Made by a program: the position numbers and the translations under genes. Positions 25,141 to 31,653 of a stretch of 64,000 nt of DNA are shown piece by piece. Position 1 is the stretch's first letter, and each line of letters starts with the position of its first letter. This stretch comes from Escherichia phage vB_EcoM_IME392, in sequence record MH719082.1; one strand, given 5' to 3'. The notes below the pieces were generated by a model that worked only from the letters and a program-made list of their open reading frames with translations, ran no database searches and had not been told where the DNA came from.

Positions 25141-25775
25141 AGTTACCTCTATGTTATTTATTTTAAACTGGATAGGGACTAATAAAGTAAATAGTAATTA
25201 AATACTTATTAATCTTCCTCTTATCTAATGCTAAGGGAAGCGTACTCGAGGAGTACAGAAGCTTAGCGAAGAGCGGAGTAACCATTTGATTTAAACAGTC
25301 ACCGTAGAGAGCGAAGGAGTCGCGCCCGCTTGAGGCGGCGCGACCTCCGCTTCACCAATCCTACCGGATGGACGCCTGCGACCACCCGAGCCTACCCCTG
25401 CCTCACTCACTAAAGCCACTTCGGGCTTTACCTCGTTCCGCTACGCGATACGCAGGCAGATAGCTACACTAAGTCCCCTGGAGATGGCTAGTAAGTATCC
25501 GTTACCAGACCATGTCCAACCTAACATTGACGAAGCCAGGGACTAGGCACTCCTCGCCAATAAGCTACATTAGGATTTATGTCCGTATTTCGAAGATAGG
25601 CCGATCGGGGAGACTATGCATTCATCTCTGCTCAACCAGGAAGCACCGATTAGGGTAAATACCCAAACTATCTTCTTAATGTCACTCCTCCCAGACCGCT
25701 TCGGGACTTAGCTTAAGTCTTATCCGAATAATCTGGCATCTACGACGGACCGTAGTGTATGGAGCGTACTGCAAT
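25141..25775 (-). ncRNA. Candidate ~630-nt structured non-coding RNA or giant 5' leader
   Basis: Immediately downstream (minus strand) of motif copy 10. No ORF >=60 aa in any frame. Locally GC-rich: 43/60 GC at 25321-25380 versus 23/60 in the neighbouring coding line 25021-25080. Multiple hairpins and long-range complementarities (see findings). Confidence 0.35.
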
Positions 25776-25806
25776 TTAACAGCCTTTTGACTCATCAAAA
25801 GAGCGT
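25776..25806 (-). promoter_or_regulatory. Conserved promoter-like motif, copy 10
   Basis: Minus strand reads ACGCTCTTTTGATGAGTCAAAAGGCTGTTAA followed by ATT. It contains a perfect 7-bp dyad CTTTTGA/TCAAAAG. Confidence 0.55.
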
Positions 25807-25923
25807 AATTAGGGCCCGATTATTTCACTTAGCTTCCATCCGTTCGGGCCAACACGGATCGTACATGACGTTACCGTCGTTTCAAGTCACTCGGATTATT
25901 AGTTCCCGGTGCTCATATAAAGA

Positions 25924-25952
25924 TGGTGCCACGTAGGGAATCGAACCCTATA
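25924..25952 (-). pseudogene. tRNA-like 3' fragment (T-arm + acceptor 3' strand + CCA)
   Basis: Minus strand reads TAGGGTTCGATTCCCTACGTGGCACCA, a canonical T-arm. No matching 5' acceptor strand, D-arm or 7-nt anticodon loop could be folded from the upstream ~100 nt. Confidence 0.3.
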
Positions 25953-26065
25953 TCAGGTAAACGTCTAGCCGTAGACTGCTGAGTGCCCTCAGCTACCCTA
26001 TCACTTAACCGAACCATCGGCAAATCTTTCACAGATACTTACACGTGATTTTCTCTGATCGGATC

Positions 26066-26092
26066 TGGTGATTCCTCGGAGTCGAACCGAGG
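26066..26092 (-). pseudogene. tRNA-like 3' fragment (T-arm + ACCA-like end)
   Basis: Minus strand reads CCTCGGTTCGACTCCGAGGAATCACCA. It starts only about 12 nt after the CCA of tRNA-Met, so there is no room for a 5' half. Confidence 0.3.
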
Positions 26093-26104
26093 AGTGGCAT
26101 AATA

Positions 26105-26180
26105 TGGTGGTCCATACTGGTTTCGAACCAGTGACCAAGCGATTATGAGTCGCCTGCTCTCACCACTGAGCTAATGGACC
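26105..26180 (-). tRNA. tRNA with CAU anticodon (elongator Met, or Ile2 if lysidinylated)
   Basis: Hand-folded cloverleaf: GGTCCAT-TA-GCTC-AGTGGTGA-GAGC-A-GGCGA-CTCATAA-TCGCT-TGGTC-ACTGG-TTCGAAA-CCAGT-ATGGACC-A-CCA. All stems are perfect. G1-C72, so not an initiator. Confidence 0.9.
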
Positions 26181-26649
26181 GAACTAGATTGAGCGATAGG
26201 CTATGGAGTACCTTACCATCGGGCGTCTTTCGCTAAATAGCCCATCATGGGCTACCGCAGGGGCATGACACCTATCGCTCAAATTGGTCGGGATCGTGGC
26301 CCACGTCGGAGGATTTGCCAAACTCCCCATTATCATAGCCTAAGCTATCCAGACGGCCGTAACTACCCTGCTCCGGTACATGCGATAATGGGGACGTATC
26401 CAAAGATGTGGAGATCCCGTTAAAATATCTTAAGCTTCTCGCTATGTGTGTCCTACACTCTACCCTTGCGGGGTACCGGAGGATGAATCCGAACTTCCTG
26501 CGACCACACACGGAGGCCCTTGCAGACGTGCTTTATTGCGCTCATCCTGGCATAGCGAGAACTTAAGATATCTATTGATGCGCACCAGATAAGTATTTCC
26601 CAAGCCATGAACTTAATCTGGGATCTTGACCTATCCAGTGCGACTTATG
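26181..26649 (-). ncRNA. 469-nt structured inter-tRNA spacer (processing substrate or independent ncRNA)
   Basis: 12-bp perfect long-range helix 26189-26200 / 26271-26282. 21-bp helix with one bulged C, 26425-26446 / 26551-26571. Nested hairpins such as tagccca-tca-tgggcta at 26238-26254. Confidence 0.35.
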
Positions 26650-26725
26650 TGGTACTCCCTACTGGATTCGAACCAGTGACCGTCGGTTTAGAAGACCGAT
26701 GCTCTATCCTCTGAGCTAAGGGAGC
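26650..26725 (-). tRNA. tRNA-Arg (UCU)
   Basis: Hand-folded cloverleaf: GCTCCCT-TA-GCTC-AGAGGATA-GAGC-A-TCGGT-CTTCTAA-ACCGA-CGGTC-ACTGG-TTCGAAT-CCAGT-AGGGAGT-A-CCA. G1-U72 wobble, other stems perfect. Reads the rare AGA codon. Confidence 0.9.
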
Positions 26726-26735
26726 TTAACTTTAG

Positions 26736-26802
26736 GATGACCTCTTAGCTTACCATCGCGAAAGCTACATGGAGTGTAGTTAACGTGAACTAAGAGGTCA
26801 TC
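26736..26802 (-). other. 13-bp-stem hairpin immediately 5' of tRNA-Arg
   Basis: gatgacctcttag (26736-26748) pairs with ctaagaggtcatc (26790-26802). The loop holds two small hairpins and shares cttaccatcg and atggagt strings with the element 5' of tRNA-Met. Confidence 0.5.
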
Positions 26803-26812
26803 ATAAAATCAG

Positions 26813-26905
26813 TTACTGACGAATTATACTTTCCCAACCATCCACATATACTGCGTTGGCTATGTAAAGAATGCAGAACAAGCCAACGATTAAAGGATTA
26901 ATCAT
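26813..26905 (-). CDS. Possible 30-aa hydrophobic micro-protein
   Basis: Below the track cutoff. Minus strand reads GGAGAAGTACA-ATG ATT AAT CCT..., giving MINPLIVGLFCILYIANAVYVDGWESIIRQ*. Single TM-like segment with a good SD. Confidence 0.3.
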   Translation of the reverse strand: MINPLIVGLFCILYIANAVYVDGWESIIRQ

Positions 26906-27302
26906 TGTACTTCTCCATTTAATTAAGTTACCTGCTTACTGTTACAGGGACGCCGTTCGTCGCGCCAGATTACCAATTGGCGTATTAAGCCAATCTCGCC
27001 AACCGCGTAACGCCATTGGCTGGTATCACATAGGCTTGTAGCCCTCAGTCAACCTATCCTGAGGATGAAGATCAGATACTCTCTAACGGCGGGATTGATA
27101 GTCCCAGAGTACGATCTCTTTGCCATTCTCGTATGACCTAGGAGACGACTGCCCTGGTTAAGGAGACCAGACAGCTGATATGGTTTAGTTTATTTTTAAT
27201 TTGAGTCCCACTCATACCTTACAGACTCAAGCACTGCAGACCACCATGAAGCCGACTCGTACGCTAACAGTCGACACCACGGATCCATGAAACTCCAACA
27301 AT

Positions 27303-27333
27303 TTAACAGCCTTTCGACTCATCAAAAGAGTGT
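27303..27333 (-). promoter_or_regulatory. Conserved promoter-like motif, copy 11
   Basis: Minus strand reads ACACTCTTTTGATGAGTCGAAAGGCTGTTAA followed by ATT. No ORF follows for about 400 nt. Confidence 0.5.
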
Positions 27334-27485
27334 TAAATTGTCCGCTCCCTATCACCGAGCACTGTGATGATGGGAAAATAGGGAGCGAAGCGATTCCTAA
27401 GTTTTATCTCTTCTCTAAGTGATTAACCGTTACATACGATGTACCTTCTCGAAAGAATTAAGCCGGTATTGGCACTTCAGACACT

Positions 27486-27516
27486 TTAACAGCCTTTCGA
27501 CCGTACAAAAGAGCGG
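27486..27516 (-). promoter_or_regulatory. Conserved promoter-like motif, copy 12
   Basis: Minus strand reads CCGCTCTTTTGTACGGTCGAAAGGCTGTTAA followed by AGT. The 31-mer is identical to copy 15. Confidence 0.5.
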
Positions 27517-27521
27517 CGTAA

Positions 27522-28064
27522 TTAGACGCTCGCCTCAGGCACTTTAACAGCCTTTGGACGTGTAAAAAGAGCGGGATTATACCATTCTGGGGTACGATAG
27601 AAAGAGATCTTACGACCCTCTTTCTTCCAGAAGTAGAATTTATCGTTGAGGTAGTTACGGTACTTCTCGTAGACTGTCTCACCAGGAGCACCTGATACAC
27701 ATGCATACGGAGTCATATCGGTCTCTGGACCTACTACCAGATTTTTAGGTAGTGCCACAAGACGGGATAAAATTTCTTCGGTTGCATGGAGCCGTCCGGT
27801 ACGTTCAAAGAATAGCATGCATAAATAGCTTGCCAAGTCACGAACGAAGTTGTAGTTACCTGACGATTCACGAACCCACTTAGCACACGGATGATTAACA
27901 TGCGTCTGCTTATAAATACCCTCGATAGCGTTTTCGCCATCCAGAACATGATGAGCAGTAGATAATAACTGAGCACACTCAATAATCATTTTATTCTGGT
28001 GCATAGGCATACAGTGGTCCATAGCACATTCTAACGCATCTTCGTGAGTACGGAAAATATTCAC
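27522..28064 (-). CDS. Conserved hypothetical 180-aa protein (THVNHPCAKW motif)
   Basis: GTG start with AGGAGTAATTATT upstream. The KMIIECAQLLSTAHH...YKQTHVNHPCAKWVRES block is one I recall seeing in unrelated phages, function unknown. The last ~17 codons overlap motif copy 13. Confidence 0.55.
   Translation of the reverse strand: MNIFRTHEDALECAMDHCMPMHQNKMIIECAQLLSTAHHVLDGENAIEGIYKQTHVNHPCAKWVRESSGNYNFVRDLASYLCMLFFERTGRLHATEEILSRLVALPKNLVVGPETDMTPYACVSGAPGETVYEKYRNYLNDKFYFWKKEGRKISFYRTPEWYNPALFTRPKAVKVPEASV
27544..27574 (-). promoter_or_regulatory. Conserved promoter-like motif, copy 13
   Basis: Minus strand reads CCGCTCTTTTTACACGTCCAAAGGCTGTTAA followed by AGT. It lies 58 nt upstream of copy 12. 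Confidence 0.5.
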
Positions 28065-28148
28065 AATAATTACTCCTAACGTGGTTGCTTACTTTAAGTC
28101 TCTCGTGAAAGATTTAGAGTAAGCATCGGAGGAATTACCTCCGACACT

Positions 28149-28179
28149 TTAACAGCCTTTCGACGGCACAAAAGAGCGG
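28149..28179 (-). promoter_or_regulatory. Conserved promoter-like motif, copy 14
   Basis: Minus strand reads CCGCTCTTTTGTGCCGTCGAAAGGCTGTTAA followed by AGTGT, then the hairpin CGGAGG-TAATT-CCTCCG. Confidence 0.55.
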
Positions 28180-28181
28180 TT

Positions 28182-28343
28182 TTAAATTTTACATGCATCT
28201 CCGCAGTCGTCGTCACCAGGCTGGCTGATAACTTCGTCTACGTTAACCATGCGATCTTCTACACGACGAGATGCCTCGTCTAATTCTTCCTGAGATGGGA
28301 GATTGGAGAAATCCAATTCTTCACCAGATTTATTGCCTGACAT
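28182..28343 (-). CDS. Small acidic 53-aa protein
   Basis: Start placed at ATG 28343 (GGAGTGATT-ATG; MSGNKSGEELDF...DDDCGDACKI). The track start at 28388 lies inside the upstream gene. Confidence 0.45.
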   Translation of the reverse strand: MSGNKSGEELDFSNLPSQEELDEASRRVEDRMVNVDEVISQPGDDDCGDACKI

Positions 28344-28812
28344 AATCACTCCACACGTTAATAACTTCTTTACCACAGGATTTAGCATAGGCTACACAGT
28401 TACCTGTGCCACCCGAACTACCATCCCATAGGGCTAATCCCATCTGACTACGGTTAACCATGTATCGGTTACGCACCATCATCTTGAAGGAATCATACCC
28501 AGGCTCGGACACTATAATTGTGCGACGACTTTTTCTGCATAGCTCAGTCCATTTTTCTGTATCTGCAGATCGCCACATTTTGGGTTGGTCAATCATAGGG
28601 ATTGTTGCAAAGTATGGTATTCCGAGATTGGCACATGCCTGAGCACATGCCATATCCCATCCTAACGCCATACCTATAAACCAGCAGTCCACGCTATTCT
28701 TAGCTGTAAGCTCCTGGATGTGATGTTCGGCAAACTGGGTAAGATGATCATGGCTAAAGTTATCCCATCCACCCAGCTTATCTGGCCTATGACCAGTCAC
28801 GAACATAAACAT
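28330..28812 (-). CDS. SLOG-superfamily protein of the YpsA/DUF1273 type
   Basis: Colinear with my recollection of B. subtilis YpsA: VTGHRPDKLG / ITGYKPFELG; IGMALGWDMACAQAC / ISGQLGVELWAAEAA; TIPMIDQPKMW / ITPFYEQEKNW; GLALWDGSSGGTGNCV / LLLLYDPEKEGSPKYM. Confidence 0.65.
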   Translation of the reverse strand: MFMFVTGHRPDKLGGWDNFSHDHLTQFAEHHIQELTAKNSVDCWFIGMALGWDMACAQACANLGIPYFATIPMIDQPKMWRSADTEKWTELCRKSRRTIIVSEPGYDSFKMMVRNRYMVNRSQMGLALWDGSSGGTGNCVAYAKSCGKEVINVWSDYVRQ

Positions 28813-29153
28813 TACTTCTTGCCCATCTTAGCCTGCATAGCACGGACGGTATCCATGGCGCTGGCCAATTTGGCTGAAGTATCCTGCGGACCATCTTCTT
28901 CTAGCTGTTTCTTAAGGGACTCCATACGATCAGTAGTACCCTTAGTATCCATCTCGATTAATTCGTTGATGGTCGAACCACCCACGTTAGGTAACTTACC
29001 CAGCTGAGTAAGATCCTTAACTTCTGGGATTTTAACATGAAGTTGAATAGACTGGGATGCTCTCGCGAACGACCCAGCACGACGATTGTCTCCTACCTTA
29101 TTGTACAGGGAAGATAGGTTACCCAGGAACGTAATGATATCAGCAGTTTTCAT
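28812..29153 (-). CDS. Stand-alone DNA polymerase beta N-terminal (8-kDa, HhH, dRP-lyase-type) domain protein
   Basis: Start placed at ATG 29153 (GGAGGAATCAAAT-ATG). IITFLGNLSSLYNKVGDNRRAGSFARASQSIQ...LGKLPNVGGSTINELIEMDTKG parallels the Pol beta segment ITDMLTELANFEKNV...YNAYRKAASVIAK...[22 protein letters not shown]. Confidence 0.55.
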   Translation of the reverse strand: MKTADIITFLGNLSSLYNKVGDNRRAGSFARASQSIQLHVKIPEVKDLTQLGKLPNVGGSTINELIEMDTKGTTDRMESLKKQLEEDGPQDTSAKLASAMDTVRAMQAKMGKK

Positions 29154-29172
29154 ATTTGATTCCTCCAACAAG

Positions 29173-29203
29173 TTAACAGCCTTTCGACCGTACAAAAGAG
29201 CGG
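29173..29203 (-). promoter_or_regulatory. Conserved promoter-like motif, copy 15 (first of the leftward transcription arm)
   Basis: Minus strand reads CCGCTCTTTTGTACGGTCGAAAGGCTGTTAA followed by CTT. It lies 20 nt before ATG 29153. Confidence 0.6.
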
Positions 29204-29349
29204 TTTTTACTCAAAAAGACTCTTAAAATTATGTTTTCGAGCTTTACAGGACGCCCCTGCGGTCTAAAGATAGGCCTCAAAAGGGTGTTTTTGTGAAGGT
29301 TGTCCGAGGCCCGTCCGTGACGTCTTCAATTATAAACAGGAGAAATACA

Positions 29350-29823
29350 ATGGGCGAGTTAGCTAAGCAAAACTTAAGTACTATTCAAAAGGGTCTTTCC
29401 TTAGTTAATTCGGAGGGCTCTGAATCCGTAAACGTTAAAGCCCTACAAGGTAAAGAAATAGGCTTACAGATTCTTCAGTTAGGTCTGGCAGAATCCGAGG
29501 CTAACCGAGTAGCAAAGCTTAACGGGATTATAGAGATCCTGGAAAAGAAAATATTCGATCCTGAGCGATTAGATAGACTTACCGAGAAGGAGCAGATCGA
29601 GAGATATCAGCTGGCCTTAGCTAGCGCATCTCAATCGGCAGCATTCGTTAAATCGACCATCGGCTCGATTAACTGGACAGCTATCGAAGTTTCTCTCTTA
29701 AGTCTGGCATCCGCCATTGAGACAGCCAACGAAGGTCAGTCTCCTAAGGATCGTAAAGACATGTCTACTATTGCCAATAACTTGATTAAGCAGTTGGCAG
29801 AAGGCATTGGTCCTAAGGGGTAA
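29350..29823 (+). CDS. Putative terminase small subunit
   Basis: Position directly upstream of the large terminase. Start placed at ATG 29350 (AGGAGAAATACA-ATG) rather than the track's GTG at 29293. Confidence 0.4.
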   Translation: MGELAKQNLSTIQKGLSLVNSEGSESVNVKALQGKEIGLQILQLGLAESEANRVAKLNGIIEILEKKIFDPERLDRLTEKEQIERYQLALASASQSAAFVKSTIGSINWTAIEVSLLSLASAIETANEGQSPKDRKDMSTIANNLIKQLAEGIGPKG

Positions 29824-29826
29824 GCC

Positions 29827-31653
29827 ATGGCTGATGCATTAGATGAGTTTATTGAAGCATGTGGCTCTAGACTCGAAGCTATGCATCAGTTAGCATTGAT
29901 GAGTGGCTACGAGGAGCGGGTTCCAACGATCCAAGAGTTCGTAATGGATCCATACTACCTGGGTAAGTCCTTGGTAGATGCTGATGGTGTCTGCTCGGTC
30001 TATCCTATTTGGATGGATGCTCTGGCTAAGATTTATCCTACTCCGTACACTTCACCAGCCGTAGAGATTTATCTCACTGGTGGTATCGGTCTTGGTAAGT
30101 CTACTGCTGCTAAGATTATCACTCTCTATGACTTGTGCAAATTGCTATGTCTTAGAGATCCTCGTGCACATTTTAAACTTCTGCCATCCACAGTAATTCG
30201 CTGGATGCTGATGAACGCCACTAAAGGTCTGTCCTACGATGTACTCTATGCAGAGATCATCGAGTGGATAGAGAATAGCCCATTCTTCAAAGGTAAGATG
30301 ACTGGTGGTAAGAATCCTCGTACTCTGTTCATTAAGAACGTAGACTTAGGATTCGGTTCTCGTGGTCAAGATGCTCTGGGTCAGGCTACCGTAGGTGCCA
30401 TCTTCTCAGAGATAAACGACATGACCGTAGTTCACGGTCAAGCAGAAGATAACTTTGATACCATCTATACTCGTATGAACTCTCGTTTCGGGGGTAAAGG
30501 GGTAGAGATGATTGGCCACTTGATTCTGGACTCTTCGAATAAGGGAAACCGTTCCTTTATCGATGTTCGTCTAGAGGATAAGGCCAAGAAAGGAATTCAC
30601 GACTATCTGTTATTCAGATACGCTCACTGGGAAGCTAAATGGCACCTCGGCGGGTATTCTGGGGAAATGTTCTACGTCTATGCTGGTGACCAGTATCGAG
30701 ATCCGTTTATCTTCGATGAGAATACTCTCAAGATTAAAGACGGTCTGGAGCCATCTCGTATTATCTCTGTACCTGTTGAACATAGACAGGAATTCGAGAC
30801 TAACATTGTTAAGTCTCTTAGGGATCTTGCAGGTGTGTCCACATTCGGTACATGGTCGTTCATCTCGTCCTACGAGGTGCTTAACCGAGCTGCTGATCAC
30901 ATTAACCCTACTGAATCTAACGTGGTGGTTCTGGACTTCTTCGATAAGGAGCAGACTCTTCACCAGACTATAGATATTCCTAGACTTGCCTTCCTTAATA
31001 AGAAGGATAGGTTCATCCATATTGACTTGGGTCTTAAGAACGACTCAACTGGTATAGCCTGTTCCTATCTCGATGGTTATGTTGACCAAGAGACTTACGA
31101 TCCTCTAACCAGTACGCGCATGGTTACTCGTGAACCTAAGATCGTTACTGAGTGGGCGTTAGAAATTACCTGCCAGCCTGGTCAGGAAGTTCCTATCTAC
31201 AAGATTAAGAACTTCTTAATAGAAGCATCTCAGCAGGGTTACCCAATTAAAATGGTAACCACCGATGGATACCAATCCACTAACTTACGTCAGGATTTAA
31301 CTCTGGCTGGGTTCGAGACTGCTCTGCTATCTGTTGACCGGACTAAAGATCCATATAACTACTTAAGGAACTCGATTCTCGAAGGTCGCAGCACTATTCC
31401 AGCTGTACCTAAGTTGATCAAAGAACTTAAGGAGCTAGAGGAAGGCGAAGGTAAATTCGACCATCCACCAGATGGCTCTAAGGATATCGCGGATGCCGTA
31501 TGTGGATCCCAATGGTCTGTTAAGGAGAATATCCATAAGATCGGGTCTACTGCTACGGTTGAAGATCTTCAAGTTGCACTCCACGAACTTAATAAGTCTA
31601 GGGATGCGAAGGAGATGTTTCGGAACATTATTAAGCAACGAGTGGGTGGCTAA
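29827..31653 (+). CDS. Terminase large subunit
   Basis: Walker A LTGGIGLGKSTAAK. C-terminal RNase-H-like nuclease acidic residues (IHIDLGLKNDSTGIA, TTDGYQS, DHPPDGSKDIADAV). Confidence 0.85.
   Translation: MADALDEFIEACGSRLEAMHQLALMSGYEERVPTIQEFVMDPYYLGKSLVDADGVCSVYPIWMDALAKIYPTPYTSPAVEIYLTGGIGLGKSTAAKIITLYDLCKLLCLRDPRAHFKLLPSTVIRWMLMNATKGLSYDVLYAEIIEWIENSPFFKGKMTGGKNPRTLFIKNVDLGFGSRGQDALGQATVGAIFSEINDMTVVHGQAEDNFDTIYTRMNSRFGGKGVEMIGHLILDSSNKGNRSFIDVRLEDKAKKGIHDYLLFRYAHWEAKWHLGGYSGEMFYVYAGDQYRDPFIFDENTLKIKDGLEPSRIISVPVEHRQEFETNIVKSLRDLAGVSTFGTWSFISSYEVLNRAADHINPTESNVVVLDFFDKEQTLHQTIDIPRLAFLNKKDRFIHIDLGLKNDSTGIACSYLDGYVDQETYDPLTSTRMVTREPKIVTEWALEITCQPGQEVPIYKIKNFLIEASQQGYPIKMVTTDGYQSTNLRQDLTLAGFETALLSVDRTKDPYNYLRNSILEGRSTIPAVPKLIKELKELEEGEGKFDHPPDGSKDIADAVCGSQWSVKENIHKIGSTATVEDLQVALHELNKSRDAKEMFRNIIKQRVGG

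Noticed and set aside
25924-26020. Attempt to fold a complete (type II or intron-containing) tRNA ending at the 25924 CCA.
   Set aside because: No 5' acceptor strand complementary to CGTGGCA/ACGTGGC lies at a suitable distance. The candidate anticodon hairpins have 4-nt loops. I kept only the tRNA-like 3' fragment.
26272-26511. 79-aa minus-strand ORF in the tRNA spacer.
   Set aside because: It has no Shine-Dalgarno and an odd composition. It runs across the long-range RNA helices between the two tRNAs, so it is more likely a chance ORF in GC-rich non-coding RNA.
27458-27982. Track ORFs 27458-27706 and 27734-27982 overlapping ORF 27522-28064 in other frames.
   Set aside because: The 180-aa frame has a good RBS and a conserved-looking motif. 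The alternative frames overlap promoter motifs and have no start context.
1683-29203. Whether the 15 repeated 31-mers could be a CRISPR array or a MITE/REP family.
   Set aside because: Spacing is irregular (58 nt to more than 5 kb). All copies are in one orientation, immediately 5' of genes, and include a -10-like TAAAnT. That fits promoters, not CRISPR repeats.
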